A DNA stretch of 64,000 nt, taken from Terriglobia bacterium. Its GTDB lineage: Bacteria > Acidobacteriota > Polarisedimenticolia > Polarisedimenticolales > JAIQFR01. The DNA lies in contig CAVVHE010000004.1 of NCBI GenBank assembly GCA_963748015.1, positions 1,824,001 through 1,888,000 of the forward strand, given 5' to 3'. Below are positions 29,171 to 40,471 of this stretch, piece by piece. Position 1 is the first letter of the stretch, and every line of letters begins with the position of its first letter. The notes below the pieces were generated by a model that was given only the letters and a program-made list of their open reading frames with translations, was not told the DNA's origin and did no database searches. The position numbers were made by a program, and so were the translations under genes.

Positions 29171-30438
29171 GATCCTCATGGTGATCCGGCGGGAGTACCT
29201 CGAGCGCGTCAAGAAGAAGTCGTTCTGGATCGGCACCGCGGTGTTCCCGCTGCTGATGGTTGTCATGTTCGGCATCCAGTTCGCCGCGATGTTCTTGAAC
29301 CCGGCCGAGCAGCAGACGATCGCGTTCGCGGACGCCACCGGGCGTCTCTTCGACGCGACCGCGAAGGGGCTCGACGACAAGCTGAAGGACGGGCGCCCGG
29401 AGTTCGTCTTCGTGAAGGAGGAGGTCCGCGGCAGCGTCGAGGACACCTACAACGCGCTGAAGCCGCGCGTGCTTGACGGAAAGCTGTCCGGCATCCTCAT
29501 CGTCGCGGAGGACATCGAGTCGAAGGACGCCTTCCGGTTCTATTCGAAGAACGTCGGCAACGTCATGACGACCGAGAGGCTGCAGCGCGCGCTCAAGAAC
29601 GCGGTCGTCGGCCTGCGCCTCGAGAAGAGCAACCTCGGCCTCGACCGCAAGACGCTCGACGGAATCATGAAGCCGGTGGAGCTCAGCACGCTCCAGGTCG
29701 AGAAGACCGGCGAGGCGAAGAAGAAGGGGTTTCTCCAAGCCTATTTCGGAACGTTCGCGTTCGTCATGGTCCTCTACATGTCGCTGCTGCTCTACGGCAT
29801 CGCGGTCATGCGAGGAATTCTCGAGGAGAAGTCGAGCCGCGTGATGGAGGTCCTCCTCGGATCCCTCTCCCCCGACCAGCTCATGACCGGGAAGATCGTC
29901 GGGATCGGCCTCGTCGGCCTCACGCAGATGGGGATCTACGTCGTCACCGCGGGGGCATTGCGCGCCTACTTCGCCGCGCAGACTGGCGCAGCCGAGTGGA
30001 CCTCGGCCCTCGACGCGTTTTCGCCCGTCAAACTGATGTGGTTCGTCGTCTTCTACCTGCTCGGCTATTTCATGTACACGGCGCTGTTCGCCGCGATCGG
30101 CGCGGTGTGCAACACCGAGCAGGAGGCGCAGAACCTCCAGACCCCCGTCGTGATGTGCCTCGTGGTGCCGATGATGCTCACGTTCTTCTTCGTGAACAGG
30201 CCGGACTCGACGGCCGCCGTGGTCATCTCGATGATCCCGATCTTCACCCCCATGGTGATGTACATGAGGATCAGCCTGCTGACGCCGCCCTGGCTGGCAG
30301 ATCGGCCTGTCGATCCTCCTCATGCTCGGGACGATCTGGCTGCTCTTCAGGGGCACCGCGAAGATCTTCCGGATCGGCGTCCTGATGTACGGCAAGCGCC
30401 CGACGATCCCGGAGATCTTCCGCTGGGCGAGGAGCTAG
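29163..30438 (+). CDS. ABC-2 exporter permease (YhaP/NatB-like; frameshift near 30293)
   Basis: [31 protein letters not shown] terminus [14 protein letters not shown] in the shifted frame. Confidence 0.88.
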
Positions 30439-30517
30439 TCGGAACAGCGCCGCAACCGGACAGCCCCCGTTCGGATCGATCCGAAGCGGCGGACATTGCG
30501 CCTCGCCGTGGCTTTGT

Positions 30518-31396
30518 CTAACCGGGGAACGCCATCCCGATCAGCTTGTACGCCAGGCGGGCGGCGGCGAAGTCGGCCATGTGCAGCCCCGGGGCGGGCG
30601 CGAGCTCGACGAGGTCGCAGGCGACGACGCGGGTGCGGCGAAACAGGTCGTCGAGGAAGCGGAGGGTCGGCCACCAGGCGCCGCCGCCGGGCTCGGGGGT
30701 GCCCGTCGCCGGGATCACCGACGGGTCGAAGTAGTCGAGGTCCACGGTGAGGTAGACCGGCTTCCCGTCGAGGCCGTCGAGGACGCGGCACTGCCAGTCG
30801 TCGTTCTCCATCTCCCACGCGTGGACGATGCGGTAGCCGGGAATGCCCTTGCTCATCCGCTCGGCCTCCTCGATCGAGTAGTTGCGGATCCCGACGGCCC
30901 GGATCGGGGCGAGGCCGAGGCAGCGCGCCATCGCGGAGGCGTGGCTCCACGGGTTCCCCTCGTACGACTCGCGCAGGTCGGCGTGCGCGTCGAGCTGAAC
31001 GACGTGGAGGCCGGGGTGGCGCGCCGCCGCCGCGCGGACGGCGCCCGGGGTGATGGAGTGCTCGCCGCCGAGCATCACGACCCACTTGCCGGCGTCCATC
31101 AGCTCCCCTGCGCGCGCCGCGATCGCGTCCACGACGCGCTCCGTGGGGCCGTCCGGGATCGGGAGCATCGGGTCGGTGTGGATGCCCGCGCGGAACGGCT
31201 CCGCGCGGGTCTGCTCGTCGTACAGCTCGACCTGCGCCGACGCGCGGAGGATCGCCTCCGGCCCCGCCGCGGTCCCGTGGCCGTACGACACCGTCCCCTC
31301 GTAGGGGACGGGCAGTACCGCAACCCGCGCGTCCTCGAACGGCGACCTCGCCTCCTCGCCGCCGAACGGTGGAATCACGCTTCGAGCCTCGCTCAT
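30518..31396 (-). CDS. speB: Agmatinase (ureohydrolase family)
   Basis: PYEGTVSY, GGEHSIT, DAHADLR, DLDYFDPS..PATGTPEPGG. Confidence 0.9.
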   Translation of the reverse strand: MSEARSVIPPFGGEEARSPFEDARVAVLPVPYEGTVSYGHGTAAGPEAILRASAQVELYDEQTRAEPFRAGIHTDPMLPIPDGPTERVVDAIAARAGELMDAGKWVVMLGGEHSITPGAVRAAAARHPGLHVVQLDAHADLRESYEGNPWSHASAMARCLGLAPIRAVGIRNYSIEEAERMSKGIPGYRIVHAWEMENDDWQCRVLDGLDGKPVYLTVDLDYFDPSVIPATGTPEPGGGAWWPTLRFLDDLFRRTRVVACDLVELAPAPGLHMADFAAARLAYKLIGMAFPG

Positions 31397-32433
31397 CGCC
31401 GGTCCTCCGGGGCCGCCCTCACTTCGTGAGGCTTCCGGGCTTCCGCCCGCAGCAGCAGCCGGTAGTTGATGACGCCGATCACCACCATCCCGAGCAGGAA
31501 GAGCGGGTACGCGATCTTCCAGTTTGACGGGCCCGTCATCATGGACCACTCGGACATCCCGCCGATCCCCGCGAGGAGGGTCAGCGGCATGAACACCGTC
31601 GTGATCATCGTGAGGCGGCGGACGGACGCGTTCATCCGGTTCGCCGACTTCGACATGCGGTTGTTCACCTGGGAGAGGTACATCTCCATCAGCGACGTGA
31701 TCATCTCGCGGCAGATCTCGACGATCTCGAAGTACTTCGTCAGGTGGTCGTGGACGTCCCGGAAGTGGTAGATCGACCGGTCCGACACGAACGGCGAGTC
31801 CTTCCGGCAGATCTTCGCCAGGACCTCGCGAGAGTGGAAAAGGCTCTTCCTGAGGGTCAGGAGATCGCGGCGTAGCCGCATCACCGCCTTCGGGTCGAAG
31901 TTGTACGGGCTCTCGAGGACGTCCTCCTCCGCCGTCTCGATCACGTCCTGGAGACTCTCGATCGCCTCCACGTCGCTGTCCACCACGTGGTCCAGCATGA
32001 CGTGGAGCAGGTAGTCGGGGCCCTGGCGCAGCGCGGCGGGGTCCTTCGCCGCGAGCTTCTCCACCCGCTCGCCGAACCTCAAGGTGCCGCCGTGACAGCC
32101 GCTCACCGTGATGAGGAAGTTCTTCCCCAAGACGAGATCGATCTCTTCCTGTTTCAACGCGCCGTCCAGTATCCGGTAGCCGTTCACCAGGACGAACGTG
32201 TTGGTCGGGAAGTCGTCGATCTTGGGGACCGAGTTCTCGTCGAGGCAGTCCTCGATGGACAGAGGATGCACTCCCAGCGCCGCCACGAGAGGGTTCAGGT
32301 CGTCCCGCGCCGGGTCGAAGAACTCGAGCCACGCGTAGCCGCCCCCCTCCACCGCTCGCAGCAGCTCGTCGAGCGAGGGCACCTGTCTCAGCGACCCGTC
32401 GGGACCGACGTGGAAGAACCGCTTCTCGGACAT
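31393..32433 (-). CDS. corA: CorA-family divalent cation transporter with a variant GMS signature
   Basis: HPLSIEDC, PKIDD, FRDVHDHL, RLTMITTVFMPLTLLAGIGGMSE; two C-terminal TM helices. Confidence 0.88.
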   Translation of the reverse strand: MSEKRFFHVGPDGSLRQVPSLDELLRAVEGGGYAWLEFFDPARDDLNPLVAALGVHPLSIEDCLDENSVPKIDDFPTNTFVLVNGYRILDGALKQEEIDLVLGKNFLITVSGCHGGTLRFGERVEKLAAKDPAALRQGPDYLLHVMLDHVVDSDVEAIESLQDVIETAEEDVLESPYNFDPKAVMRLRRDLLTLRKSLFHSREVLAKICRKDSPFVSDRSIYHFRDVHDHLTKYFEIVEICREMITSLMEMYLSQVNNRMSKSANRMNASVRRLTMITTVFMPLTLLAGIGGMSEWSMMTGPSNWKIAYPLFLLGMVVIGVINYRLLLRAEARKPHEVRAAPEDRR

Positions 32434-32491
32434 GACTCCCCCTCCCTTGCCGCGTACGGCCAGATACTAACCGGCGGGAGAGAGGCCTTTC

Positions 32492-32549
32492 AAGAAAAGC
32501 GGGCGGCGGGCCGGAGCCGCCTCCTCGTAAGTACCCCGGCCCGCGCCCG
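32492..32549 (-). terminator. Terminator-like hairpin upstream of corA
   Basis: Minus strand CGGGCGCGGGCCGGGG...CTCCGGCCCGCCGCCCG followed by CTTTTCTT. Confidence 0.45.
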
Positions 32550-32840
32550 GCGGCGTCGCGCCGCCGCCGCTGGGGGTCCCGGTCCCGGCGGCGGCGGCCC
32601 GGAGCAACGCTCCCTGCCGCACCGGGGGTGGACCGCAACTCCCGCGCCAGCGCCCTCGGTCCCCGCAACCCGCTGCGGACACGACGATTCCCCTGGCGCA
32701 ACCCATCTTGCCACCCGCCAACGTCCACCCGTGGACACGGGCGCGCCAAGACGGGGGGCTGCACCCGCACACACGCTCCGATTCAGATCGACGCGGCGGC
32801 GGTGGCGGATGTGCGGTTCCCGTCCCCCAGCAACCAATAA

Positions 32841-33407
32841 TCACACCGCTGGCGCTGTCGGAGGCGGTGGCGGAGCGTAGTCGTCGGCGACCGGGGGCGG
32901 CATCTGCGCGGGGGGCGAATAGCGGAAGACCGCGCCGCCGATCAACCCTCCGATCGTCGAGAAGATCGCGGCGACGAGGATCATCAGGAAGAACCCCATC
33001 ACGAACGAGGCGATCGTGGGGGACGCGTCGGCGGCCTGGCGGAGCATCTGCTCGATCGTGTCGCGGTTCTCCGCGGGGATATTCGGGAGACCTCGGAGCA
33101 GCGAGAGCATCGCGCGCGCGGCGGGATCGCCGATCGTGAGGCGGATCGCCGTCTCGAGCAGGCTCTCGGTCATCGCGTAAAACGCCCCCGCGACGAGACC
33201 CACCATCGCCCCGGAGCCCGGCGAGAAGGCCACGCCGTCCCGCCGGCAGTGGCCGGAATAGAGGCGCGAGGCGAAGAAGCCGCAACCCACGACGAGGGCG
33301 CAGCAGGCGCAGTTGATCAGGTTCAGGAACGGGACGGCGGCAACCGCCCCGAACACCACGCCCGCGGTCAGCGTGGGCCGGAGCAGATCGGGCGATCGTT
33401 GGTCCAT
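32841..33407 (-). CDS. Hypothetical membrane protein with an NCACC motif and Pro-rich tail
   Basis: About 4 TM helices, PFLNLINCACCAL, FSTIGGLIG; GGAGG RBS. Confidence 0.75.
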   Translation of the reverse strand: MDQRSPDLLRPTLTAGVVFGAVAAVPFLNLINCACCALVVGCGFFASRLYSGHCRRDGVAFSPGSGAMVGLVAGAFYAMTESLLETAIRLTIGDPAARAMLSLLRGLPNIPAENRDTIEQMLRQAADASPTIASFVMGFFLMILVAAIFSTIGGLIGGAVFRYSPPAQMPPPVADDYAPPPPPTAPAV

Positions 33408-33895
33408 CGGTGTCCTCCGAGATCGGCGAGCCCGGCGGCAAGGTAGAGCCCCGCGGCGAACCCCGCGGGGAGGGAGATCAGGAATCGCGGCGCGCTCGGC
33501 AGCCCGGCTCCTCCCGAGAGCACGACCAGCGCATCGAGCGCCGTCGGCGCCGCCGCGAGCGCGAGCCACCGCAGGCCCGCCGGCACGCGGGGCGTCTCGC
33601 GGCGGAGCGCCGCGAAGAGGAGTGCCAGCGCCCCGCCGAGATAGAGCCCCTCGCAGCGCGCGCACACCGCGGGCGACAAGCCCATCGAGGTCAGGGAGCG
33701 GGACGGAAGCTGGTGGCAGAGAGGATGGAACGCGACCCGGAGCGCGGCCCCGCCGGGGATCCCCGAGCCGTCGAGCCAGGCCGGCAGCAGCGTCGCAATC
33801 AGGAACGCGAACGCCGCGACGGCGCCGAGCCGGACGGCCCAGCGTCCGCCGGTCAGCGATTGCTCCCCCACCCTCCGGCCGCCGCCCGAATCCAC
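33368..33895 (-). CDS. DUF2085-family membrane protein
   Basis: CHQLPSRS...VCARCEGLYLG; start uncertain. Confidence 0.75.
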   Translation of the reverse strand: MDSGGGRRVGEQSLTGGRWAVRLGAVAAFAFLIATLLPAWLDGSGIPGGAALRVAFHPLCHQLPSRSLTSMGLSPAVCARCEGLYLGGALALLFAALRRETPRVPAGLRWLALAAAPTALDALVVLSGGAGLPSAPRFLISLPAGFAAGLYLAAGLADLGGHRWTNDRPICSGPR

Positions 33896-33980
33896 GCCCC
33901 CTCCGAGAAAGAAGGGATTCTACTACCGCGCCCGCGTTCGAGTGCGAACTTCCGGCCGCGTGCACTAAAATGCGCGCGTG

Positions 33981-35765
33981 ATGAAGAAACCCACGCAGGC
34001 AGCGGCGTCGAGATCTTCCGCCATCCGGCCGAGCCCGGGACAGGCCTCGCTATTCGGCGACCCCCAATCGGAAGCGCCCGCGCTGGTCGCCGCCCCCGCG
34101 GCCGCGATGGGGGCGGAGCCCCGCCGCCCATCCGGCGCGCGGGAGCCGTCCGCCCCGCCGCTTCGCGCGGCGCCCGCTCCCCCGGAAGAGAAGCGGGCGC
34201 GCAGGGCGAGCGCGAAGCGCGAGGACGCGGTCTCGATGGGCGCGCGGCAGCGCGAGATCTCGATCTCCGAGTTCTTCACCAAGAACCGCCACCTGCTCGG
34301 GTTCGACAACCCGCAGAAGGCGCTCCTCACCGCGGTCAAGGAGGCCGTGGACAACTCCCTCGACGCGTGCGAGGAGGCCGGGATCCTCCCCGAGCTGACG
34401 ATCGAGATCGCCGAGATCGCCGAGAACCGGTTCCGGGTCGCGATCGAGGACAACGGCCCGGGCATCGTGCGGCTGCAGATCCCCAAGATCTTCGGGAAGC
34501 TCCTCTACGGCTCGAAGTTCCACCGGCTGAAGCAGCAGCGCGGCCAGCAGGGAATCGGCATCTCGGCCGCGGGCATGTACGGCCAGCTCACGACCGGCAG
34601 CCCGGTGCGGATCCTGTCGCGCATCGGGGCGAAGAAGCCCGCCCACCTGTTCGAGATCGCCATCGACACGCAGAAGAACGCGCCGGTCGTCTTGAAGGAC
34701 GAGGAGACCGAGTGGGACCGGCCGCACGGCACGCGCGTCGAGATCGAGATGGAGGCGATCTACAAGAAGGGGCGCCGCTCGGTGGACGACTACGTCGAGC
34801 AGACGGCGCTCGCGAACCCGCACGCGACCGTCCGCTACGTCACCCCCAAGGAAGAGCCCCGGGTCTTCGAGCGCGTGGCGGCCGAGCTGCCGCGCGAGTC
34901 GCTCGAGATCAAGCCGCACCCCTACGGCGTCGAGCTGGGCATCCTGATCCAGATGCTCAAGGACACGCATGCGAGGAACCTCAGGACGGCGCTCAGGACC
35001 GACTTCTCCCGCGTCAGCGACGGGGTGGCCGAGGAGATCTGCCGGGTGGCGGGGCTGTCCCCCGACGCGCGCCCGCACCGCGTGACGCCGGGCCAGGTCG
35101 AGCTGCTCTTCCACGCGATCTCGAAGGTCAAGATCATGGCCCCGCCGACCGCGTGCCTCTCGCCGATCGGCGAGGACCTGCTCGCCCGCGGCCTCGAGAC
35201 CCGGGTCAAGCCCGAGTTCGCCACCGCGGTCACGCGGCCGCCTGCGGTCTACCGCGGCAACCCGTTCCAGGTCGAGGTCGGCCTCGCGTACGGCGGCGGC
35301 CTCCCGGGCGACGAGCCGATCGAGCTGTTCCGCTTCGCGAACCGCGTCCCGCTGCAGTACCAGCAGTCGGCCTGCGCGATCACGAAGGGCGCGCTGACCG
35401 TGGACTGGAAGAGCTACGGGCTGCAGCAGGCCCGGGGGGCGCTGCCCGTCGGCCCCGCGGTGCTGTTGGTCCACATCGCCTCGGTCTGGGTGCCGTTCAC
35501 GTCCGAGTCCAAGGAAGCGGTGGCGTCCTACCCCGAGATCGTGAAGGAGATCCGCCTCGCGCTGATGGAAGCCGGCCGCCGGCTCGGCTCGTTCGTGCGG
35601 CACCGCCGCCGCGTCGCGGACGAGGAGAAGAAGCGCTCCTACATCGAGAAGTACATCCCGCACATCGGCGACGCCTTGAAGCAGATCCTCGGCCTGTCCG
35701 ACGCGAGGCGCAACAGCACCGTCGAGGACCTCAAGAGCATCCTCGAGCGCAGCCGGAAGATCTGA
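33981..35765 (+). CDS. top6B: DNA topoisomerase VI subunit B
   Basis: REISISEFF.KN, KEAVDNSLDACEE, DNGPG, YGSKF..RGQQGIGIS, KPHPYG, RFANRVPL, VPFTSESKEA. Confidence 0.95.
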   Translation: MKKPTQAAASRSSAIRPSPGQASLFGDPQSEAPALVAAPAAAMGAEPRRPSGAREPSAPPLRAAPAPPEEKRARRASAKREDAVSMGARQREISISEFFTKNRHLLGFDNPQKALLTAVKEAVDNSLDACEEAGILPELTIEIAEIAENRFRVAIEDNGPGIVRLQIPKIFGKLLYGSKFHRLKQQRGQQGIGISAAGMYGQLTTGSPVRILSRIGAKKPAHLFEIAIDTQKNAPVVLKDEETEWDRPHGTRVEIEMEAIYKKGRRSVDDYVEQTALANPHATVRYVTPKEEPRVFERVAAELPRESLEIKPHPYGVELGILIQMLKDTHARNLRTALRTDFSRVSDGVAEEICRVAGLSPDARPHRVTPGQVELLFHAISKVKIMAPPTACLSPIGEDLLARGLETRVKPEFATAVTRPPAVYRGNPFQVEVGLAYGGGLPGDEPIELFRFANRVPLQYQQSACAITKGALTVDWKSYGLQQARGALPVGPAVLLVHIASVWVPFTSESKEAVASYPEIVKEIRLALMEAGRRLGSFVRHRRRVADEEKKRSYIEKYIPHIGDALKQILGLSDARRNSTVEDLKSILERSRKI

Positions 35766-35778
35766 GGCGGGTCTCGTC

Positions 35779-37949
35779 TCAGCGAGGTGCCGCCGGGGCG
35801 CCCCCGGCGCGCGTCACGGACAGTTCCCGTCGCGCCATCGCCAGAGGCTCGTCGCCCCGGAGCACCGTCACCTCGTACCGGAACGAGCCGTCCCCGAGCG
35901 TCGACGCCGGGATCACGTCCCGCACCTGGGCGCAGGGATCGCCGGCCGGGTCGAGCGAGACGGGCTGGAACGTGAAGTCCGTCTCCCCCACCAGGTGACG
36001 CTCGATCCGGAGGGCCGACTTTCGCCCTTCCCCCGGCACACGTATCCGACGAGCGCCGTCGGCAGCTCGCTCTTCAGCGGCTCTCCCTCCACCCGGACGA
36101 CGGAACCGGTCGAGCGGGGCGCCCTGTCGTCGCGGAGGAACCAGCCCCTTCCCGGTTGCAGCGCCACGGGCGCGGTGACCACGGCGCCCTCGTTCCCCGC
36201 CTCCGGCCCGACGACCTCGAACTGCCCCGAGAGCAGCGTGTCGATCTCGGCGTTCTCCGCCACGGCCACGACCTGGTAGACGCCCGGCGGAAGGGTCAAG
36301 ACGTGCTCCACGACCAGAGGCTCGGCGGAGTGGCGGGCCGTGACGCTCCGCTCGAACTCCTGCACGACGCTCCCCTTCGAGACGATCGCCGCCGACACGG
36401 TCCAGGCCGCCCCTTCCGGCCCGCCGTCGGGAATGGCCACCTGGAACAGCTCCGAGTACTTCCTGCCGTCGAAGCCGACCGGGACGGCGCCGAGGCTCAG
36501 CGCCGCGCCGTTGGCCCTCGGCTCGAGGAACGCCGAGAGCCGCCGCGACTCGGCGAGGGTCTTCTCGCTCGGAACCACGATCCGCGACCGGGCCCGCACG
36601 ACCGCGTCCGGCCGGCTCACCGCGATGCGGACGGGAAGCGGCTGATCCTGGGGCAGCGAGCCGGGAGGGAAGCTCACGAGGTACAGGCACTCCATGTCGC
36701 GCGAGATCGTCCCGGCGATCGACGCCATGGAGACCCCCTCGAGGAACGCCTTCCCGCCGGTTTCGAGCGACAGGCTCGACAGCGTGTCCTTGGCATCCCG
36801 CAGCCCGAGGCCGTCCGCGGTCATCCCGGCCGCCTGGACGGCGTAGACCCTCGCGCCCACGTTGCCCGCCATCTCGATCGCGCGCCCGAAGTAGCCTTCG
36901 ACGTCGCGGACGCCGGAGTACTCGGGCGTGCGGCTCCTGTACGCTCCCTCCTGGCTCATGGCCTTGTCGAGCGTCTGGAAATAGTGCGCGCCGGCGTTCA
37001 ATCGGAGGTTGTCCGCGAAGTAGACCACGGCCTTGGGCGCCCTCACGCCGGAGAGTCGGAGAAGCGCGAGGCGGAAGCGGTCCAGGGCGGACTCGGCTCG
37101 GTGCATCTCGTCGCGCTGCAGCTCCTTGGCCATGTCCTCGAGCACGTACCAGGTACTCGCCGTCGACGATCTCTGGCTCTCGTAGCCCGACTGCTCTCGC
37201 GGGTCGCCAGCCTTCTGCATGTCGCCGACGTGGATGATCGTCTTGGGCCTCATGCTCCTCGGGGCGTTGTTGGGGGTCACGCCCTGGACTCTCTCGCTGT
37301 AGCCCCCGGTTGCCCTCTCGTAGGCGGCCTCGTCGCTCCTCGATTGCCTCGCCTCGTCGCTGGCCGCCTGCTCCAACCCGCCGGCCCGCACCCGTTCGAG
37401 CTCGGCGTAGTTGTCCTGTCTCGAGGTGTCGAGCTGCAGCCGGTCCAGGGCCGCGAGCAGCTTGCCCGAGTCGTCGGTGAGGCCCGAGAACGCAACGAGG
37501 TCGCGGCCGTTCGAGATCACGATCCCCCGGTTGCCGCCGACGACCAGCGTCCGCACCAGCTCGCGAGCGACGTCCAGGGCGCGGTCGCGCCCGGCGTACG
37601 TCATGTGCGGCTCGTCGAAATAGAAGAGATACGACGCGATCGCGGGCGTGCTCGCCGGTGCAGAAGCCACCGTCGCGGGCGCGGTCGGCGCCGCCGGCGA
37701 GCAGATCCGGTCGAGGGTGAAGTCGCGGACGAGCGTCTTCCCGACCTTCACCTCCAGATCGCCCGGCTGGACGTCCACGGGCGAGCCGTCCCGCCGGGTC
37801 ACGCTCAGGTCGATCTGGACCAGGCGGGTGCCCGCCTTCTCGACCAGGCCGAGGTCCTTCGGTTTCTCTTTCTCCTTGGCGACGCCGATCGTGGCGAGCA
37901 AGGCGACCGCCGCGAGGCATGCGAACCGGGTCCGCGACGCTCGACGCAT
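35779..37949 (-). CDS. Secreted VWA-domain protein (Acidobacterial VWFA-related type; frameshift near 36020)
   Basis: Signal peptide, LVQIDLSV, YLFYFD, KAVVYFAD, LSLETGG, YLVSF. Confidence 0.75.
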
Positions 37950-38097
37950 GGCGTTTCCCCGTTCCGGTTGGCGGCGCTCGCGGCCGGGCGGACCGCCTCC
38001 CCTCTCCGCGCCCTTTTACGCCCGATGCGGAGCCGGCGCAAGTCCCGAGGGCCCGCCCTGCTGCGTGCACGCACCCAGGCCGGGCGGCGGGGCTCCG

Positions 38098-40407
38098 CTA
38101 CATCACCCAGGCGTATCCGAGCTTGACGAAGACGGTGCGGTTGGTCTGCGTCACGGCGAAGGCGGTCTCGCCTGCGCGCCGTTCGGAGTAGCCGGCAAAG
38201 ATGACGGTTTGCGGGTTGACCTTGTAGGAGAAGAGCAACTGGCTCGACAGGGTGCGGGACTGTTCCGGGACCGTGCTCGGGTCCGGATAGAGCTCCGGCG
38301 TGCGCCGCAGCGCCTGGTACTGGAGGATCGCGCGGAAGAACGCGCGGACCGTGAAGTGGTAGGCCAGCCGGAGCTGCGTCAGGTTCGCGCGGTAGAGGCG
38401 GCCTTCCGGAAGATCGAACATCTCCAAGGTGTGATCGAGCTGCAGCCGCAGGTGCCGCCGGTCGTACGTCAGCCCGGGAAACAAGCGCAGGACGCGCCCG
38501 AGGCGGGGCTCCCCCGGGGGGCTCTCGTAGTCCACCTGGTCGCCGACGCGCCCGCCGAGCGAGCAGGTGAAGTCGCCCGTCGGGCGGATGTTGTAGAACC
38601 ACTCCAGGTTCCACTTGTCGAACGTCGTCCCGTCGTAGAACTCCTTCTGGCGCGCCGCCTCCATCTCGAGCCACGACTGGTAAGGCCCCTGCGCGTAGAA
38701 GGTCGCCTCGATCGCCTCGTCCGTCAGCAGCCCGTCGTGGTCCTCGACCCGCTCGTACATGCCGCCGACTCGGAGCAGGTTGACCGTCGCCCCCGGCTTC
38801 CCCCACCAGATCTTCTCGCCGCCCACCTCGGCCTGTCGCGTGTCCACTCGCGGGATGAAGCCGAGATCGGCCCGGAAGCCGCGCCCGAGGTCGCTGTACC
38901 CCGCCCACCCGTTCCAACCGCGGGACTCGTGCTGGTACGACACGCTCAGGAGCGAGGTGCCTCCCTCGACGGGAGGCGGAGGCGTCCCCGGGTCGCCTTC
39001 GTAGTAGTGCACCTGTTCCGGATACTCGGTCGAGGACCCGAGCGCCTGGAAGACGATCTTCTCCGTGTCGTTCAGGCGGAAGAGGCCGTCGATCCCCCCG
39101 ACGCGGTTGGAGTACCCCTCCCCTTCTCTCGCGGTGACGAGGGCGCCGAGCGTCGACGATTTCCCGACATCCATGCGATAGCGGGCGATCAATGCGTCGG
39201 AGCCCGATCCGAGGGTTGCGCTCGAGGAGCCCTGGTTCGAGGGGAAGAGTAGGTTCGTCTCCGTGTCGTGGCCCACGAAGAAGCCGAGCGCGCTCCTCCC
39301 CTGCTTCCCCGAAACCTTGGCCCCCCAGGACGGATCCGCGATGGTGCGCGTGTAGACCGCCTGGTGGGGCGTCTCGAAGTAGTCGGCCCCCTCGAGGAAA
39401 GCGGCCGCTTCTCCGGGTAGTAGAGCGCGAACCGCGTGTTGACCGAGAGCTGCTCCGAGTCCGCCTCGACCTGCGAGAAATCGGGGTTGAGCGCGCCGTT
39501 CAGGCTCAGGCCGGGAGTGAAGCCCCAGCGTGCGGTGAGCCCGAGGTCGGTCTTGAAATCTCCGTTCTCCATCGGCGCGGTCAGGGATTCGCCGGGGCGC
39601 TCATCGGTCCGGTTCGCGGTCGCCGTGGGGATGAGGTCCAGGTTGCGGCCCGGCTCGATCCCCTCGAAGCCGTTGATCTTCACGTTTTGGCAGACGAAGC
39701 AGTTCCGGTTTCGGTCGATCGGGATCACCGACAGCTGGTGGCGCACCGTGCGCGGGTAGCTCCTCGTCGCGAGGAGGCCCCAGGGGCGGCCGTTCGAGGA
39801 CCGCGGAAAGCGGAGCGAGGTGAACGGGATCGCCATCTCGACCTCGTACCCTTCCGCCGTGATCCGGCCGGCCGAGTTCCAGATGGCGTCCCAGGCGAAG
39901 TCCTCGCCGTTTCCCACGTCGTTGAGGGTCCCGTCCGCCTGCACGCCCAGCGCGTTGGCGTGGAACTCGAACGCGCGCCGGTCGTCGCCGAACGTGTCCA
40001 GGACAGAATCCCGACGAAATCGTCGCGGAACAGGGCGTCGCGGTCCGAGATGTGCGCGCGGATGCGGGAAGGCTCGGGGTCGAACGCCTTGAAGCCACGT
40101 ACAGGTACTTGTCGTCGTAGGCGACGTAGCACTCGGTGCGCACCGGCGCCTCGACGTTCTCCGCCGGCCGGAACTCGTAGGGCAGGTCGAGGCGCAGCGC
40201 GCCGGCCCACCCCGCGTCGTCGAGCGCGCCGTCGATCTTGATCGGGGCCGGGGTCCGGGGGACGTTCAGGGGCTGCCCGGGCGGTCCGGGTGGCGGCGGC
40301 GGTCCCGGTGGTCCGGGCGGGGCCTGCGCGCGCGCCGCCGGTCCTACGAGAAAGATGGACGCAGCCAGGAGGCAGACTGCGGCGATCTTGGCAAAAAGGG
40401 CGCGCAT
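38098..40407 (-). CDS. CBM9-like/DUF5916 outer-membrane protein (frameshifts near 39402, 40005, 40097)
   Basis: Signal peptide, IDGALDD..W, VAYDDKYLYV, EMAIPFTSLRF, NPDFSQVEAD, YPEKRP, C-terminal FVKLGYAW. Confidence 0.8.
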
Positions 40408-40471
40408 GCGTCTCCCGTAGTACGAGCCGGCTTCCCGAAAGTTGCGGGATGACCGGCGGAAGCCGGCGGGC

